A stretch of DNA of 64,000 nt, taken from assembly GCA_046563655.1 (NCBI GenBank), contig CM102286.1, forward strand, positions 10,664,001 through 10,728,000, in the 5' to 3' direction. The position numbers and the translations under genes are program-made. Source of the stretch: Yuukianura sp. NJ FZ-2021. Its lineage: Eukaryota. Under the pieces are notes generated by a model. That model did not search any database. It was not told where the DNA came from and was given only the letters and a program-made list of their open reading frames with translations. Shown here one piece after another: positions 24,401 to 39,900 of this stretch (position 1 is its first letter; every line of letters starts with the position of its first letter).

Positions 24401-27400
24401 GAGAGTAATGAAATGACACTGTGAGAATGGCACATAACCTAACCTAGCCTAACATCGCCAGCCACTGATTGCAAATACAATAAATTTTTCAAATGTAGTC
24501 ATCAGTCATCAACACCAAAGTGTACTACTTGAAATGAAACAAGCAACATCATGGGAAATCGTTTAAGAATTGTGGTTAGTGGTTTAGTGTTTGAGTTGTT
24601 TGAAGCACACAATTAAGTTCAAGTGCAATATGATACCACTGACTTTCTGCACTTGCGCTTTTAAACGCTTTCAGTACTTCACCTGAAGATTGATTGGTTG
24701 ATTGGGTGAAATTCCCTTGATGAACTTGACGAGGAAATTAAGCAACAAAGGAAAGTCTGCAGCCTCAAGTGAAAACAAAAGCCATACTTCCAAACTAATT
24801 GCTGCTTCAAGAGTTATACCACTTAAAGACCACTCCAATCACAAGGATCATCCTAAAGGAAAGTGCGAATAATTACAACAATTTGGGAGCTATGGCTCCT
24901 CCAACCTCTTCAACTAATTTATCATGCCAAACATTTATGCACGCCCTTTCAATTGGCTTCCACAAATATAAATAGAATGCCCTGCATTCTGCCAATAAAA
25001 AGTAAGCACGATCCCGACCTACTCAACCTCACAAAAATTGTAAACAAACAAAAAGAATTTATGTTCAGCTCATGTACAAAAACTAACACAAAACACAACG
25101 ACCGCCGGAAGGGCACTTCTGTGACCCTGAACCGTGTCACAGGAAACATTTGACAAATTGTAATTTCAGTACGTAATGGGTACTTTTGTACGTTCAGGAA
25201 TAGATACAAAGGGATTTATGGCATCAACCAATATCATGTCCCAGATGTCTCAAACTATTAACCCCGTAAACGCACTTTCTCTTACAAAAAAGCTTTGAAT
25301 AGAACAAATAAACGTAGGAATAGAACGAATTGATTGAATCCATTGAAGCCCTTCTGCAGGTTCACAATAGCAAAAGCATTCAAAGCAATTCCAGGGACGA
25401 TGAAAGATTTATCGATTGCTTTTGAATCAAATCCTCTGCTTGATAAAGTTCACATGTGGTGCGTTGAAATATGGGATTTAATTGTGCCCTTGTGACTCTT
25501 GTCGAAATGAATTACGAAAACTCCCGATACACAAATTCAATATAGAAGTAAATATTTTCTTTCAAAACAAAGTACAAACCAAAGAATTTCATTTTGTTTG
25601 GTTTAGTTTACTGAAAAAGTCAATGTAAAGCTAAAGTATGAACATACTAAACATTGCCTACAATAAAAAAGTTAGGATGCCTCTACATTCAACATGCCTC
25701 ATTACAATAAAATGGGCGTTTGTTACTGTTTGATGTTTGAAGAGGTTAGGATATGCGAATGCAGGTCACTCACTCACGTCACATTCACAAATCATAACAA
25801 ATGCATTCTGTACTTATCATATCGAAACCAAATAAGAAATTGGTGTCAGTGTAACTATTTTGCCTTATAAATGCGTGTTGTACAAAGATTTACAGCTTAA
25901 GTATTAACCAATATTAAGGTCACGAGACAATCGGACCAAAGTCTTTAGATCATTTCCAGTAATGCATTAAGAACCGAAATGCCAATGTTCCTACATGGAA
26001 GTGACCAATGCCGGAGGGCCAGCAATTTTTATGTCACATCTTTGTTATTGCCCCTCTTTAGAGGGGTTTAACACATTCCTTGGCATAGTAAATGAAATCA
26101 TCATAATGATGCTTGTCGAACCTTGAATTGAGGCGAGGTTACCGAACACGCGTAAATTTTTGTTGCGGAAAAGGTGAAGAGGTGTAAAAAAAACAAATTT
26201 TAATCAAATCGTTGACATCAATATTAAAATTTAGCGGCAAAAAGGCATACCTTCCTAGTGTCAGTCACAAAAGAAACAAATTCAGGTGATACCGGATGCA
26301 TCTTGGCTATATTTAGGCTCTGTCCACACATTAAATGTCAGTCACCACGCCACCATTCGTTTACTTTTCTTTAACCTTAGCGTGACCTGTTCAAAAAGGA
26401 AGTGGTTCACACCATACCAACCAAACGGCTTCGTTTAATGAGCTACCACCATAGTGCTATTTTTGGATTCGTAAATAATAGAAGTGTAATTTAACAAGTG
26501 AAGGTGTGCTGATGAGTGAGCATCCCCCTTTTGAACTTAACAACTTTCGTCTTCGCCATTTCAGCACTTGCGTGCGACATGGGCTTAAGCACCGCTTCTC
26601 CTTTTACGGTAACTTTGTAAATTGTAACCTTAACAAGCAAGAAAAGTTGTAACTTTCATCCCCGGGGTCATGAGTCAGCGCGGCCTTTGTGTCAAATTTC
26701 AAATTCATGAATTTGACCTGGACGTAGGTCACAGCAGGGGGTGGTTCGGTACTTGAGAAAGTTCTGGGTTAAGGTATGCGGCAGGACCACCCATAACAAT
26801 AAAATATTTTAGAAGTACAAATCTCTCTGTTCGTTTTTGATTTAGTTTTTCAAAAAAAAAAAGCAGAAAAACAAGCAGTTTAACTTCGTGTAGTTAAGTA
26901 ACTCGGTAGTGAATGGGTCATAATTGTAGCTTTAGCTATGTACTTTAAATAAAGATGAGATCTTGTTTTTGAGATCTTGAGAGCCAAGCAACGTAGAATA
27001 TGAAGATGAGGCATGAAGATGCGAAAGTTATGCAGATAACACAACAAAATTGTAAAGAAAAGAAAAAGAACAGTTAGGTTACGATAGAGGATCAATTGAA
27101 TTCCCACATTTAAGTGCGGTACGGCGTTTTCGTGATATAACGTGTTACATTATGATTTCAAAATTGCAGTGAGCCGTGTCATGCGAGTCGAATTGTCGGT
27201 AATCTCCTGCCGCAATTCAGCAAAGTGCTTAAAATTAATCTCAAAACAAGTTTTTTTTCGCTCATTTTTTGAATATTTGTGGATTTGGCAGAAAAGTGGT
27301 TGAAAGGAACCCTGCGCGTCAAAGAATTCTCTTAATGACTATGACTCAAGATCCTCAGTGCCATTTCGTTTTTCATTGTGAAATTACTCAAGATTAACAA

Positions 27401-30400
27401 AAGTGTTTTCGTACCTTGCAAGAAGTCTTTACATTATTCCTATGTCTCGCAGAAGTCCTTTGGCATTTAAACTTCAAGAATGCTTTGTCTCTGCAGCCGC
27501 AATCCACATTGCCAGTTTAAGTGGTTTTTGGTAAAAATGTTTTTAGTAAAAGTTCACTTAACAAAAAATGTGCACCGACCAGCCAAATTGGTTTATGTTT
27601 TTAGCAACAGTCACTTCAACTCCCAAGTCAAATTCCAACAAAACAAATTCCACGATTTACGAAAAGAAGTAAATTAAGTAAAAATAGTTTGTTCCTGAGG
27701 TTGGCAACACTTGAATTATGTTTTCGCAGAGCGAGTTAGAAACAACTAGCGTCTTGTTCGACGCCAAGAGAGCAACTGGTTTCAACTGATCTCCCTTGGA
27801 TAATTGAGAAGATCCAGGTAGGTAGTACATCGTAGTAAAGTTTGCTGGGATTCATAATAGGCAGACAGAACCTGCATTTCGGTGCAGCAAACGAGACTCT
27901 TTCTGTACAATCCAAGTTTTTGTGGCATGACTTGAGGTTCGCCGACTTTTAATACACTAGCAAAGTATTGTTGTAGTAGAGAGGGAGGGGGATTCATTAA
28001 ACCCAAACGTATTCTGCCTCAGTCTTCCTCGTACTTGTAGAGATGCCGTGGAGATGTGTTTTCAACAGAAACTTTCAACAGGTAAACGGATATGATGCTC
28101 TGGTTAATGGTCATGGTCATATAGTCATAGTCATTCGAATAATGACTTGTTCTTCCAATGTCACTACTATAACAATGAACCAAACCTGAATTGAACACAA
28201 CCCACAAGTAGAGCCATCTAGTGTTCACTGACACAACCGGACACAATGGCGACCGCCACTGGACTCCATGTGGAGACAGATCTCCAACAATAACTTCATT
28301 TTGCGTGGATTCAGTTCACTGAAAGTTTGTTTGACCATTTTGTTTGAATTTCGAATCTGACTAGTGGAGGATGGGACTGACACTGAAGGCCATGAAGTTA
28401 ACTCTTATTTTACTCAATGCCATATCAGTTAAAAAAAATATTCTGCGCACACGCAAACGCAATCACAAAAACAGAAAATCTACATGCCATGTTTTGTGTT
28501 GTAAAGAGCTTTTGTAACCACCGGAAGGCAGAACTGTTTAGCTTGGCCCTCATTCAATGAAATTCAAATACGCGTAGAGACTGTAGCCAAACCTCCATGC
28601 AACTTAATAATCTCATCACCACAACTTCCAAAAGATGCGAAAAATCTACGTGGTAATGGAAAAGAGATCCACCAGATCCGTCAGTCAAGTACTTGAATTT
28701 CTAGAAATAAACTTCCCAAGAACCCCATGCTTTTGCCCAAGTGCCATAAATTGGTTAATGTCTACGGACACTGCCAAGTGCAATTCTGCTTGTTATTCAA
28801 CGGATCCAGTCTAGGAGCAATGACCTCGACCCACGCATCCAGAATGCGTAGTGATTTACTCACTCTCAGTTGAACTTTGTTTCCAAACACAATGTCAGTA
28901 AGTTTGGTTTAAAAACAATGTTCAAGAGATGCTGTTCAATGCTCATGCGCTTTGCCTTCGGTCATCTTTAACACTTTTAAAAAATCAGTCTTAAACTGAC
29001 CGCAGAATTGGAAATGAATTATTTTTTCTCAATTTCGGCTTATGTGAATAAAATTTCACCCTCTTTTTTGCTGTGTTTTTACGTAATCCCACTTAAACTT
29101 TTAAAAATTGTGTCTTTCAGGTTTCATTTCTGATTCATCATCGATCTACTAAAGATGATTCATTAAAATTAAGAGTTTTCCAGTGCTACGGTAGTGCTTG
29201 TTCGAAAATTGACCTAGTTTAGAATTATTAGTCTCGAATTACACAATGCTATAGGAATTTGAACAGGTCAAAAGTCATTGCAAATCGTTAACTCTTTCTT
29301 AAACGACTCGGACGTGCTCAACGTCTAGTGCGTAAGAAAATGTTGACTTCCATTTGAAATGACACTTTGGTTTCGCTTGAATCCGCACTTTGACCTTTTA
29401 TCACAAAGTCGTGTTAGTTGGGGTCATGTTACCGGACCAGACGAGACAGCAATAAATAGTCACGGCGACTACTAAACACTTTGTTCTAACAAAATCTAGT
29501 TTCCTTGCATTTTCAAAATAACGCCAACGCTTGCAGTTTTCTAAACACTTGCTTCAAGGTCCAAGCACTTAATGTCTATAATCTTTGTAGCCATCTCTAA
29601 CACCACCAGTCAGGAACTCATAATCTCCTTTTTGGGTTTAACGCTTTTGAATACGATCTTGTGTGATGCTGAGGGGATGTTCAAATGAGGGTCCTCAACA
29701 CGTAATGAATAGGATCCTAACATTTAATACTAGAACGTGATATTTTCTCAGCTTTAGAAACGACAGTCGTAAAATGAAACTGAAAGTTTCATTCCAATTC
29801 GCCGTTGAGTTCTTAAAAATGAGTTTTGTGGATCTATCTCAGTCTTGTTGCTTTTGGAGGTACTTCGTTAAATGGAAATTGAAAAATACCAAAAGCCACT
29901 TTCCATTGCCATTTAGCTTCAGTTTGCGACATTAAACACAAAAAGGAGTAAATGAAGCACATAAATGGGAAAATAGAGTCCGTGACACGGCGTCTCTCAT
30001 TCAATTTTACCGGATTGTTCAAAATAAAATGTTGGTAGATCTTCGTTAGTTACCAGTTTTAGTGAAATGATTAAAAGTCTAAATACGGTATGACTCAGCA
30101 TACTTTATACTAACTATATTTGAAGGAGGACTTGAAAATTCTCTAAATGTATGTCGCAACGCAACGACTTTGAAGCGTCTATAAATACCCGCCCTCTGAA
30201 TAGTCAAGAAGAACTTCGCAGCCTCCATAGACCATAGAATGACCGGTTTTGGATTTCTTTTTCTATCGGGCATGCGCAGACACAGCACCAAATTGAATGG
30301 CGACTGACTTCTTATGTACCTTGACACTAATCCCAATTCCAATCTTCCTTTCGTTCTCATCTCCTCATCCAGATTTTCTCTAATCACTTAAATGCAACCT

Positions 30401-33071
30401 CTGAGATGACTAAAAGACGGGTGATCTTAGTTAGCCTAAACATTTGCAGATTTTAGGTTATCTTTGTTTAGAAAGTGGACTTCTCAGCCCTCTTTTCCAT
30501 AACTTAAGAGTTGGTTATCAAATGACATGTTATGAGTGGACTAAACTGAGACAAGCTACTGGGAGCTAAGTGTGAAGTGGTTAGTAAAATCTATGGGGTG
30601 ACAAGTGTCAGTTTCGTCGCCAATCAAGATAAAGTGGCAATGATCTAATAGTCAAGTTACGCAAAGAATAACTTGTTCTCACAGGGACAGGATCTTCCAC
30701 TCCTCCCTAAGATTCACCAAATGGAAAACTGACAGTCTTAATTACTGCAGAGACGGAAGGTGGGCATCCCAGACAAAAAATTATTCTCATCCGTATGCTA
30801 GTAAACGTCGCATCTCGCCTGGAAGTTTAGTTAACGCAAGTTCCTGACTTTGTTGCGTATTTTACGTTAGGTACCTCGTGAAAAAGTCACAACATTATAA
30901 AATCTGCTATTTTCGAAGTTTTAGCAGCCCTGTTCTTAGTTTTAGCAGATTGTTCGTGAAATTTTTGAAATACATGACCAAATAATTTCTCAGCTATGTC
31001 TGAAATTCTGCTTCAATAAATCGAAATTGCGAAGATCATATTTTTGTTTATGTCTTCAATCCAGACTTATTTTTCTGTCTGATGCTTATAACTGGAGGAG
31101 TCGTTGCCCTCAAGCTTAAAGTTCATAAGTGTGTGCAATGCCGCTTTGTTAAATTAAAGATCCACACAATCATTATTTTAACCTTTGTACCTTTCAATTT
31201 TCAAATGTGGGATGCTAAAGATTAAAGTTTAAAGATCGAATTTCAATTTACTTATAACCAAAAATGGAAACTCATTCCTTGCTTCGCTTCCTCCATGGCT
31301 CTCATTTTGGATCGACAGCATCGTCAATTTTTTTTTCTCGAGTTTTGCAAATGCAACACAATGCAGATTGCAGTAACTTGGAGCAGAGAATGCTGACTCT
31401 GCCACCAATCACAACAACAACATGCATATTCGATTTCAACTTCTTCCTGTCCCCATGTTTGGCGCCAACTCAGGTTCGCCCAATTACTTGTGTTTTATGA
31501 AGACAAAGAACCACAACAACCATACTGACAACAAATAAAAACATGCTGACTTTTATGCAGTCTCTTATTTTAGCACACCAATAAAATCCCAAAGCTACTG
31601 ACGCTGACTCACGAAATTCATTATAGTTTCGCCATTTTTGGATTCTGCACAAAGAAACTTGAGTGGTTACTAATTAGCACCTAACTTTTTCTCATCCTCA
31701 TGCAAAATGGAAGTCTATATATGCCATGTACAAAACGTATAAAACAATACAAAACTAAAGTTATTAATTTAATACGATGTGAGTAATCGTGCCCAAATTT
31801 TAGCGGAAGGAATTTGAAACAAGAAAATGAAATTTCGAAATTCAAATACGTTAGTTTTCGACGCGAAAAATTGGTAAACCACTTGCCAAAAGTTTACAAA
31901 AGTTTTGAAGACATTTGGAATTGGAATTGCGTGTAAGAGAAATGGAGATACCCATATCGTACGAAGAGTTTTGTCGACATAAGATTATTTGAAAAAAAAA
32001 TTTACTATGTTTAAAAGTTAATCATGAGAAGATGCTAAGCGACAGAATGTCTGAAAAATGTGCCCCAGAGATTTAAATCTAGAAGATTTAAACCTCCCAT
32101 TTGAAAATGAAAAATTGGCAAAACTAGTGCGAATTTGGCCAAGCTCTTCTTCCTCCAAACAACACAATTTGTTTTGTAGGCGCCTTAGCATTCCTGTATT
32201 ACTGTCATTCCAAGGAGGCGGAAGTTGAAATGACTTAACACTTAAACCCACGCAACAATTTGTGCGTGAGTGTGCGTGGTAATCGGATAAATTCCTTTCG
32301 GTTTCCTGCAAGTGCCAAATACAGAGGAGAATGATCTCAAATCTCCACGTGCTTCATGTTTACAAAAACAAAAACAAGAGCAACACACGACGATGCGAAA
32401 CCCAAACGCTTTCGTGCCAAAAATTCCCTTCTTAAGTGAGTTTCAAACATACTTGGTGGGGTGTTCACGCAAGGAGAGTTATTTGAACCTGTAGAAATCT
32501 TAACGGTATATTTTATATATCGTTTGTTTGATTTTTCAAACCAGCACTTTCTAGTGTAAACTATTCCAAATGGACCTCCCATACGCCTTTCCGGAAAGAT
32601 TTCTCACTTTAGAGGGGAATATATAAGTATTCCGTCCAAACTGCATTGAAAACGCAGTGTGTCACAAATTGAATGACGTATAATAAATTCCAGGGGCCTA
32701 ACCCTTAACCTAGTTTTTAATGAAGACTTAAGACAGACAAGTAGCCTCCCATACCCAAAGCAGCAAGTAACTCTAAATGGTCATTGACCTCGGGACAAGG
32801 AGGCGGTTTTACCTCCCATTTGAAAAATTAAGTAACTATCCCATATACGGAATGATGCTTCTTCTTCCCTGCAAACTTCAGGTCACTCACATAATTGCAA
32901 AATTTTTCAAAAGTGCTCACGAAGGACTCAAATGCACTACTTTGCTTTGGGTTTGGGATGCTTTACTACCACTACCAACTAAAAACGCTGTATTCCTTTA
33001 CTTGTTCTGCAACCTGTTCACCTTTTAATACTGTTACACATAAGTCAATTGCAATTAAAATGAAATGAACC

Positions 33072-33214
33072 TATCAGGTGTTCCAAATATAACTATTATC
33101 TTTTTGTGCAGAAAACCCATAAGCTCCAAAAACTCCACAGTGTGAGATGAGAGATGAGATGGAGAAGTTACACAGAGAGAAAAAAGATAATAGTTATATT
33201 TGGAACACCTGATA
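33072..33214. mobile_element. Small TA-flanked inverted-repeat element (MITE relic)
   Basis: TATCAGGTGTTCCAAATATAACTATTATCTTTTT and its exact reverse complement, ~75 bp apart. Confidence 0.7.
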
Positions 33215-36200
33215 TTTATCCAATAACATGAAACCGGGGAGAGAGGGGGGAACAGTTTTCAAGTTTGCCAAAATAGAGTTACACTCTAACTCCGTATTAT
33301 AAAAAAAAGTGAGGGAAGGAGTGCAATTTTTTGAATCTATCCACAAATATTTTTAAAATTGGTATGGAATTTTTCCAGCTATGAAATATTCTTGAATGAA
33401 GTTTATAAGCTCAAAAGAAAGCAAATGTTCTAGAACACATAATTTCAAAGCCGGGAATTCTTCGATCATAAATCAAAGTTGAGTTCTGATTTTTACAAGG
33501 TTTTGCTTTTTTTTAATGATTTCTTAGTACCCTCGACCAGATTACTTTAAGGGCTATGTTAGTGTGACAATTACGTGAGCTTCAAATTATATTCCAATAT
33601 GCTCGAAAAGCGCAATAAATTAAAAATTTGAAAATTTGTTAAAAATTATGACACATAAAATCCGAATTTCCTCAGAACAAGCGTAATTACCTCCACCAAT
33701 TTTAAGCTGTTCTTGACAGCAACACATTTTTTTTACTCTTTTAGTAAAGTTTCCTTTACCGTGCAATATTAAATTACTACTCCAGAAATGTGGAATGGGC
33801 GCGCCGCGATTCAAATTCTTGTAAGACCTGGAAAAGATTTAGGAGATGAAGCTGAAAAGTTGCCAGGCTGTGATTTAATCTTAAATTCCGAAAGCCATTT
33901 TCCAGTTCCTGAAATTCCTTTTATGTTTATAATTTGTAAACCCGTATTCTATTTCGTAATATTTCCCTTTTGCAAACATTTCAGAAAAAAAGCTTGGTCA
34001 ACAAAATACATATTTTAGCTCGTCCCACGATCTTTTAATGAACAGGATTGGCTAATAGTGACATTGATTTTACAAAAGGTGTATTTTTTTTTTCAATTGT
34101 TGTTATTTGTTCACAATCACCCAACCGGATAATTACTCAAATAACCTTGGTAGATTTTATTACGATGTCATCGAACATACTATCTAAACTGGTTAAATTA
34201 AGTATAGAAGTTGCGTTGTAAGGATGCTACTTCAATATTGAGTTCTTAAAACATTCTGGAAATAATATTCAGAAGTGTTCTTCTAACCTGCATTTTCCTT
34301 TGTGCAGGAAAGGAAAGTGAAATGATACTTTACCTCACCTAGCCTAGCAGAGTTGATGACAGTTCTCGACGCTGCACATGCACTACGCGACATTATGTTG
34401 GGGCTGGTAGGGAGAAAGCCTACAAAAATCCCGTTTGTATCGATCCACGCCACTTTAGAAAGGAAATGCAACTGGGCAAGGGCGGGGGTGAGAGAAAGTG
34501 CATGGCAAAAGGCGCAGTGGTTTGAAGAATTACCCAAGACCGGCATCAGATGAGTATTATAATTACAAAACAGCTTAATCTTAATTTCAGCTAATCTAAT
34601 AAATTATGAAATTGTGGGGATTTAGACACAAGTTGTGAACCACGTACATTTAAAAGGAAAATTTGGACCTAATACCCGGAAGAAGCGTCTTATGGTGTGC
34701 AAAATACACAGTGGTATCGATAACTTCACACCTAAAGTAATTCTCATGCTAACGGTGATCAAACCGGTTGATCTTGACCATTCAGAAGAAAAACAATCAA
34801 TTCCGGTTAAGCCGGATAAAGATTGCAACCACATGGCGCGGGTCATGAGAAATCGATACGTGAAGAAAGATACGTAAAATCTCAAGCATGTTTTTTGTGT
34901 TTTTAGTAAACGGAAGAGAAGATCTACGCGGGCAAGGTCAAAGGAACAAAATTGGTTGTTTAATAATCTAATCTTTAAGCATAAAGAAACCGTGATTTTT
35001 TATCTGAACCTAGAAATTGTTGTTTGATACAACAAATCCACTTAAGAAGCAACTTTTCCGCTTCCATCCATACTTTCCTTTGTCCTGCGTTTTTTTTCGA
35101 AACATCTGACCCAGTTAGATTACGAAAATTTTCCGGGTATTAAAATGAGTTTGGCATTGACCCAAAAACTTTCACCATAAACAGCAAAAACTTGACGTGG
35201 AAAGTAAAAATTTATGGAAAGATCGCATGTCAGTTCTGTATTCGAGAGTAACCATTTGACCTTGAGTCTGTAATGAACTTAGGAGCTGGTAAAACAAAAA
35301 GCAGAATAAATTAGTTTGTAGACTTACCGAAAAAATCGTCCCAGCAAATTGGACCGTCCGAATCACAGTCACCCAATTTCTCCATTTCCGCAACTTTTTG
35401 TTGAGAAAAATATTGATGTGTGGTGGCGTGTAACCGCAATCACAAATCCTGGGGTGGTTTATCCTAGTGGTAAAAAAAGTGTAACGTAATTAGGTAAACG
35501 GATTTACTATATCACTTGGAAAATTTCAGCAATTCATAGTAAATCCTTACCGAAAAGTTAAAATTCCAGCGAAATTTTCTTCTCTAAGTCACATGGGTCA
35601 ACAAAGTATGTCACCTCGAGATGGGTTTCGCAGACGCAAGAAAAGTTTTGCAGTGGTTACTACTTTAAGGGTGAAGGCACTTGCGTCAATCTTTTAGTTT
35701 CGTGACGGGAGTTGAAACTTGGAAGGGTGTGTAGTGCATAGAAAAACTTTCTTTTTAAAGTTTCGTTATTACAATGTCAAGAACGCACAAAAAGACACTG
35801 GAGAAAACTTCCTACACAAAATGTCATTTCACGGTGTAAGAAATCTCTAAAATTCCTTTGCTAATTGAACCAAGGTTGTACAAATCAATGTGCTTAAGAG
35901 TATGCGCAAATATCGCATCAGCACAATTGTTTCTGAAGAGGCTTCGGCTTTTAGCTACGGCAGGGTTGACCTGAAAGTAGGAAGGTCAAGGTGGTGCAGA
36001 ATTTATAGTGTAAATGTCAATCGAACTGGAATTTCTGCAAGTGCCGAAAACTCAAAAAAGTATGAGTTGTAGCTGTAGGTGAATTTTTTGAACTAGCAGT
36101 CGCCTTAACCGATAACTCAATAATACAGATAGATCGGAACAGATTGCCAGTACACTTTCCCGGAACAGTTTCATCCAAAGTTTTAACGTACAGTAGTAAT

Positions 36201-36923
36201 ACGAAATTGTTCTACGCTTCAAAAATTTAACGTGTTCACAAAGTAAACGACAGGAAATTGTAGGGATTGCCTTCGGGTTTGAACAATGTAACCACTTTGT
36301 AGAAACAACTGAGGAACTACTAGGAAATAGGGTAGGTTGTTTGTTTATCAAGGGGAAAGTGGCCTTTCACTTGTAAATGGCCAACGAGTTGGCAAACACC
36401 CACCCTAGTTGCTTGCCAAAGTGTGACTGACGACTGACGAGGGTTTGAACTGTACATTGAATGAACAAAGCAAAGTGCACACGCATCTTCCAACAAAACA
36501 TGAACCCACCACATCTCTCTGTCTGGGAAACAGCCCAACCCCCACCCAACTGAGTTCCTCCATTTGTGGTATTCAGTCGATATTTGACTTCACCCTACCA
36601 ATTAATGGTGTGAAATAGGAAAAAACTTAATGGTATTGAAGTTAGTCCATCCTTAATCACGGATTTTTCAAGTCACAGAAAGGTTAACGGTACATGCATG
36701 GGTAACTAAACGCTGTGGTACAAGCAATTCAGTGTCGCCTTTATGAAATCGGACGCGTTGAAGAACCGGCCATTTGTTTCGGCCGGTAAGCTCCAAATTA
36801 AGAAAAATCAAGAGGAAGACTTTGTCGAACTAATAATACGTAATAGTAATTAATTATTTATTAAAACTCACATACATTATTACAATGCAATAAACTGTGT
36901 GTAATGGCTTTACAACAAAAGTA

Positions 36924-39900
36924 TCAAACCTTTCCAGTGTAACGGTAGAACTTCTTGTAGATATTATAAACAGTTTTGAATATTTCACGCGACCCTACTG
37001 TAAACATGGAATTCAGTTGAGCTATTCCATGGTCATCGCAGAGGTCAATTAGCTTGTAGCAGCCACTAAGCAACGAATCCTGAAAAATGGGGGGGGGGGG
37101 AAATATAAGCAAAAGATCGGTGTAGTACAGAAAAAAAAAATGCAGAATATGGAAGTTACCTTCACGGGAGGATAGACAGTGAATAATTCAAACTGTCTAA
37201 TCAACATCGCCACGCAGTATGGTGATATTCGAGAAAACTCCTTTTGGCCCAGCTTCATTGATTGACAGATTCTAAACCAAACAAAAGACAAACGTATTCA
37301 GTTAACAACGAATAAGCCAATGTTTAAGATTTACAAACTTTAGCGTATGGAATTGATTTCAGCAGATTACATGCGAAAAAGTTAATATGAGGAAGGAGAC
37401 TGACATAAAAATTGTATTTTAATCTCTGAGGATCCGAGAATTGAGAATATCAGACTAACCTTTCCACCGAGTGTGCGCAATACTTCAGATGTAAAATGTC
37501 CTCATCCGTCAGATTGTTTTTCTGGTCAGCTTTCTCCGTTATGCTTTCCAATAGCGTCTGGAAACACTGTAAACAAACAGAGCAAAATCAATTTCAATTT
37601 GAAAAACGTTGAATGTTAGATTGAAGAACAGATTTAAAATCTTTCAACCCGTTCTGGCTCGTGACATTATTCGGCTGGAACAAGTTGTTCTTCTTTCTCT
37701 TCGTTAAGTCAAAAAATTGAGTATAATATAGAAAAAAAATGCTAACCTGTAAGTAGATATGATTCCGAAAAGATAAAACATCTATTCTGTGCATCGTGAA
37801 CGAATTTAGAAGGTCTCCCACTATACAAAATACCTTCCGGTACAATGACACGTCCGTGATTTCGCTGAGAGGAGCTGATGTAATTGCAGCCAAACATAAT
37901 GACAGTGTAGTCGTTGAGCACAACGCCTGAAAAAAAATATACGGTTACTTCATTACAAGTTACTTCATATTTTCACAATGTCAGGTTAAAAATCAAGTTG
38001 AACCAACGTTTCTTCGACGAACTAAACAAACGAAGAGCTGTAGAAAAGGAATGACGACGTTTGAAACGGAAGAGATTGTTCCAGTCCAGGCAGTGAACAT
38101 CGGAAGACAATTATAAAGTGTGGCTTCTAAGGTTTGTCTGCGTATTGTTTTCTTCTCAGCCGACAACTCCACATCTAGAAGATCTTGTAAGAGTTTGGCC
38201 AATATGGATAGCTTCTTCTCGTTCATTTTGCCAGCTTCTTTTGTCTGAATTTCCTGTGGCAATTTGTCATAAATTTATAAACTATACTGTATACTCCGAA
38301 GTCCAAAGCAAATATTAGTTAAACTAAATTAACCTAAAGATAACAATGAGTATCCTTACAACTGCGGTGGATATGAGTTGTGATATTTCCTGAAACTCCT
38401 CTTGGTTGGACGCTGCGTAGATATCGCCTGCTGCTAAATGCGGAATATCTGCAAACATAGTCTCCACTTCCATAACAGGTAACTCCATATAGACTTTCCA
38501 AAGTTTTAAGATAAATCCAGGTTGCAAAATGTTCGCCCTGCAAATCCCGCGTAGAAAAGCCAGAGCGTAGCGACTTGGAAGGTCTGCATTGAAAAGTTTT
38601 TGGATGTCGCCTTCAACTGCTTCACTTTGCAGCGTACTAATTCTCTCTTCCAGATGATGTACGGCTCGGTCCGCTTGATATTCAAAAACAGATCGGAACG
38701 AGTCCAGACCAACGGAATGGGTCGAAGATGAAGCTGTAACCTTTGCTGTTCCGGTTTCTTTCATTAACTGAATTGTCTCAATTAAACGCCAGGAAGTGTG
38801 GAACATATTGGAGATATAACTTGAATCCTTTGTTTTAACTGCCGACTTCTGAGCTTTTCTCAAAGAGCTTAGTGCCACACGCATTAACTCTTCAGCATGA
38901 ATTCGGATTTGAGCTGTTAATTTTGCTTTCGCCTTCGTTTTCGTTCGGCTTTCGAAATGCTGAAAAAGAAACAGTGAATTTTATACGTTATTATTAAAAT
39001 TTATTTACACTTAAATATGTTAAAATATGATTCGCATCCTTCCTTCAACATAAAATTGAAGTTATTTAAGCGAAACAACAACTTTTTCTTACCTTTGAGA
39101 GAAACCCTAGCAAAGTTAAGAAAATCGGAGCCGATGTCGCTTTTAGTTTGAATGCTAGAAGGAATTGGAATTGGTCGTTAAAATCTTCAATTGCGTTGGC
39201 AGAAACGTATACGTTTTGGAAGACGATTTCAGAAATTGCGCACTTGCTGTTATACGAAAATCCTGCAGCACCTTCTCGAAACCACTTAAAAAACTGGACC
39301 CAATTGACGGAAAAGATGAACTGATTTCCTGCGAAGCTAGTCGATGATCGGCGGAGAATATCAACGAGCAAATCCAACAGTCGCTCATTATTTTGCTGCT
39401 GAGATACAGCAATAGAGCAGTTTAGTACTGTAAGGAAAACGAGAGTCTTCAATTCCTTTGAATATTGTTCGATAGGAAGACTAAACAGTAGATCAGCGTA
39501 AGGCACAATCAGTTCTTCCGAAAACTCCGTAGTTCCATCTTCCTCTGACAATGCAGCAACATTGCTTTCTGGCTTTTGCAAGCTTTCAATCAATTGGTTT
39601 GTTAATTTTAACAAATGTTGCAGTATTTCCGTTGTGGCAGGATTGTCAGTAACTGCAGACTCAGTGACTAGTTTCTCTCGGTTGGAGATTGAAAACACTT
39701 CTTTCCGTACTTGTTTCAATGCCTTTTGCTGCATTTTCATTTTGATGATTTTTCGTAGCAGGTTATCCGTTGTTTCCAAAACAAGAGCGTAGTGAAACCT
39801 CGAGTCAGAAGGCAAGTTTTTCTCGCAGCACGGCTGTAGAAGTATTTGGCTTACAATTCTGTGCACAAATTCAATTATGTCCGAGGCTTGCATGTTTCCT

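Noticed and set aside
24436..24453. ACCTAACCTAGCCTAAC telomere-like (TTAGG) repeat
   Set aside because: Only about three imperfect units; not meaningful
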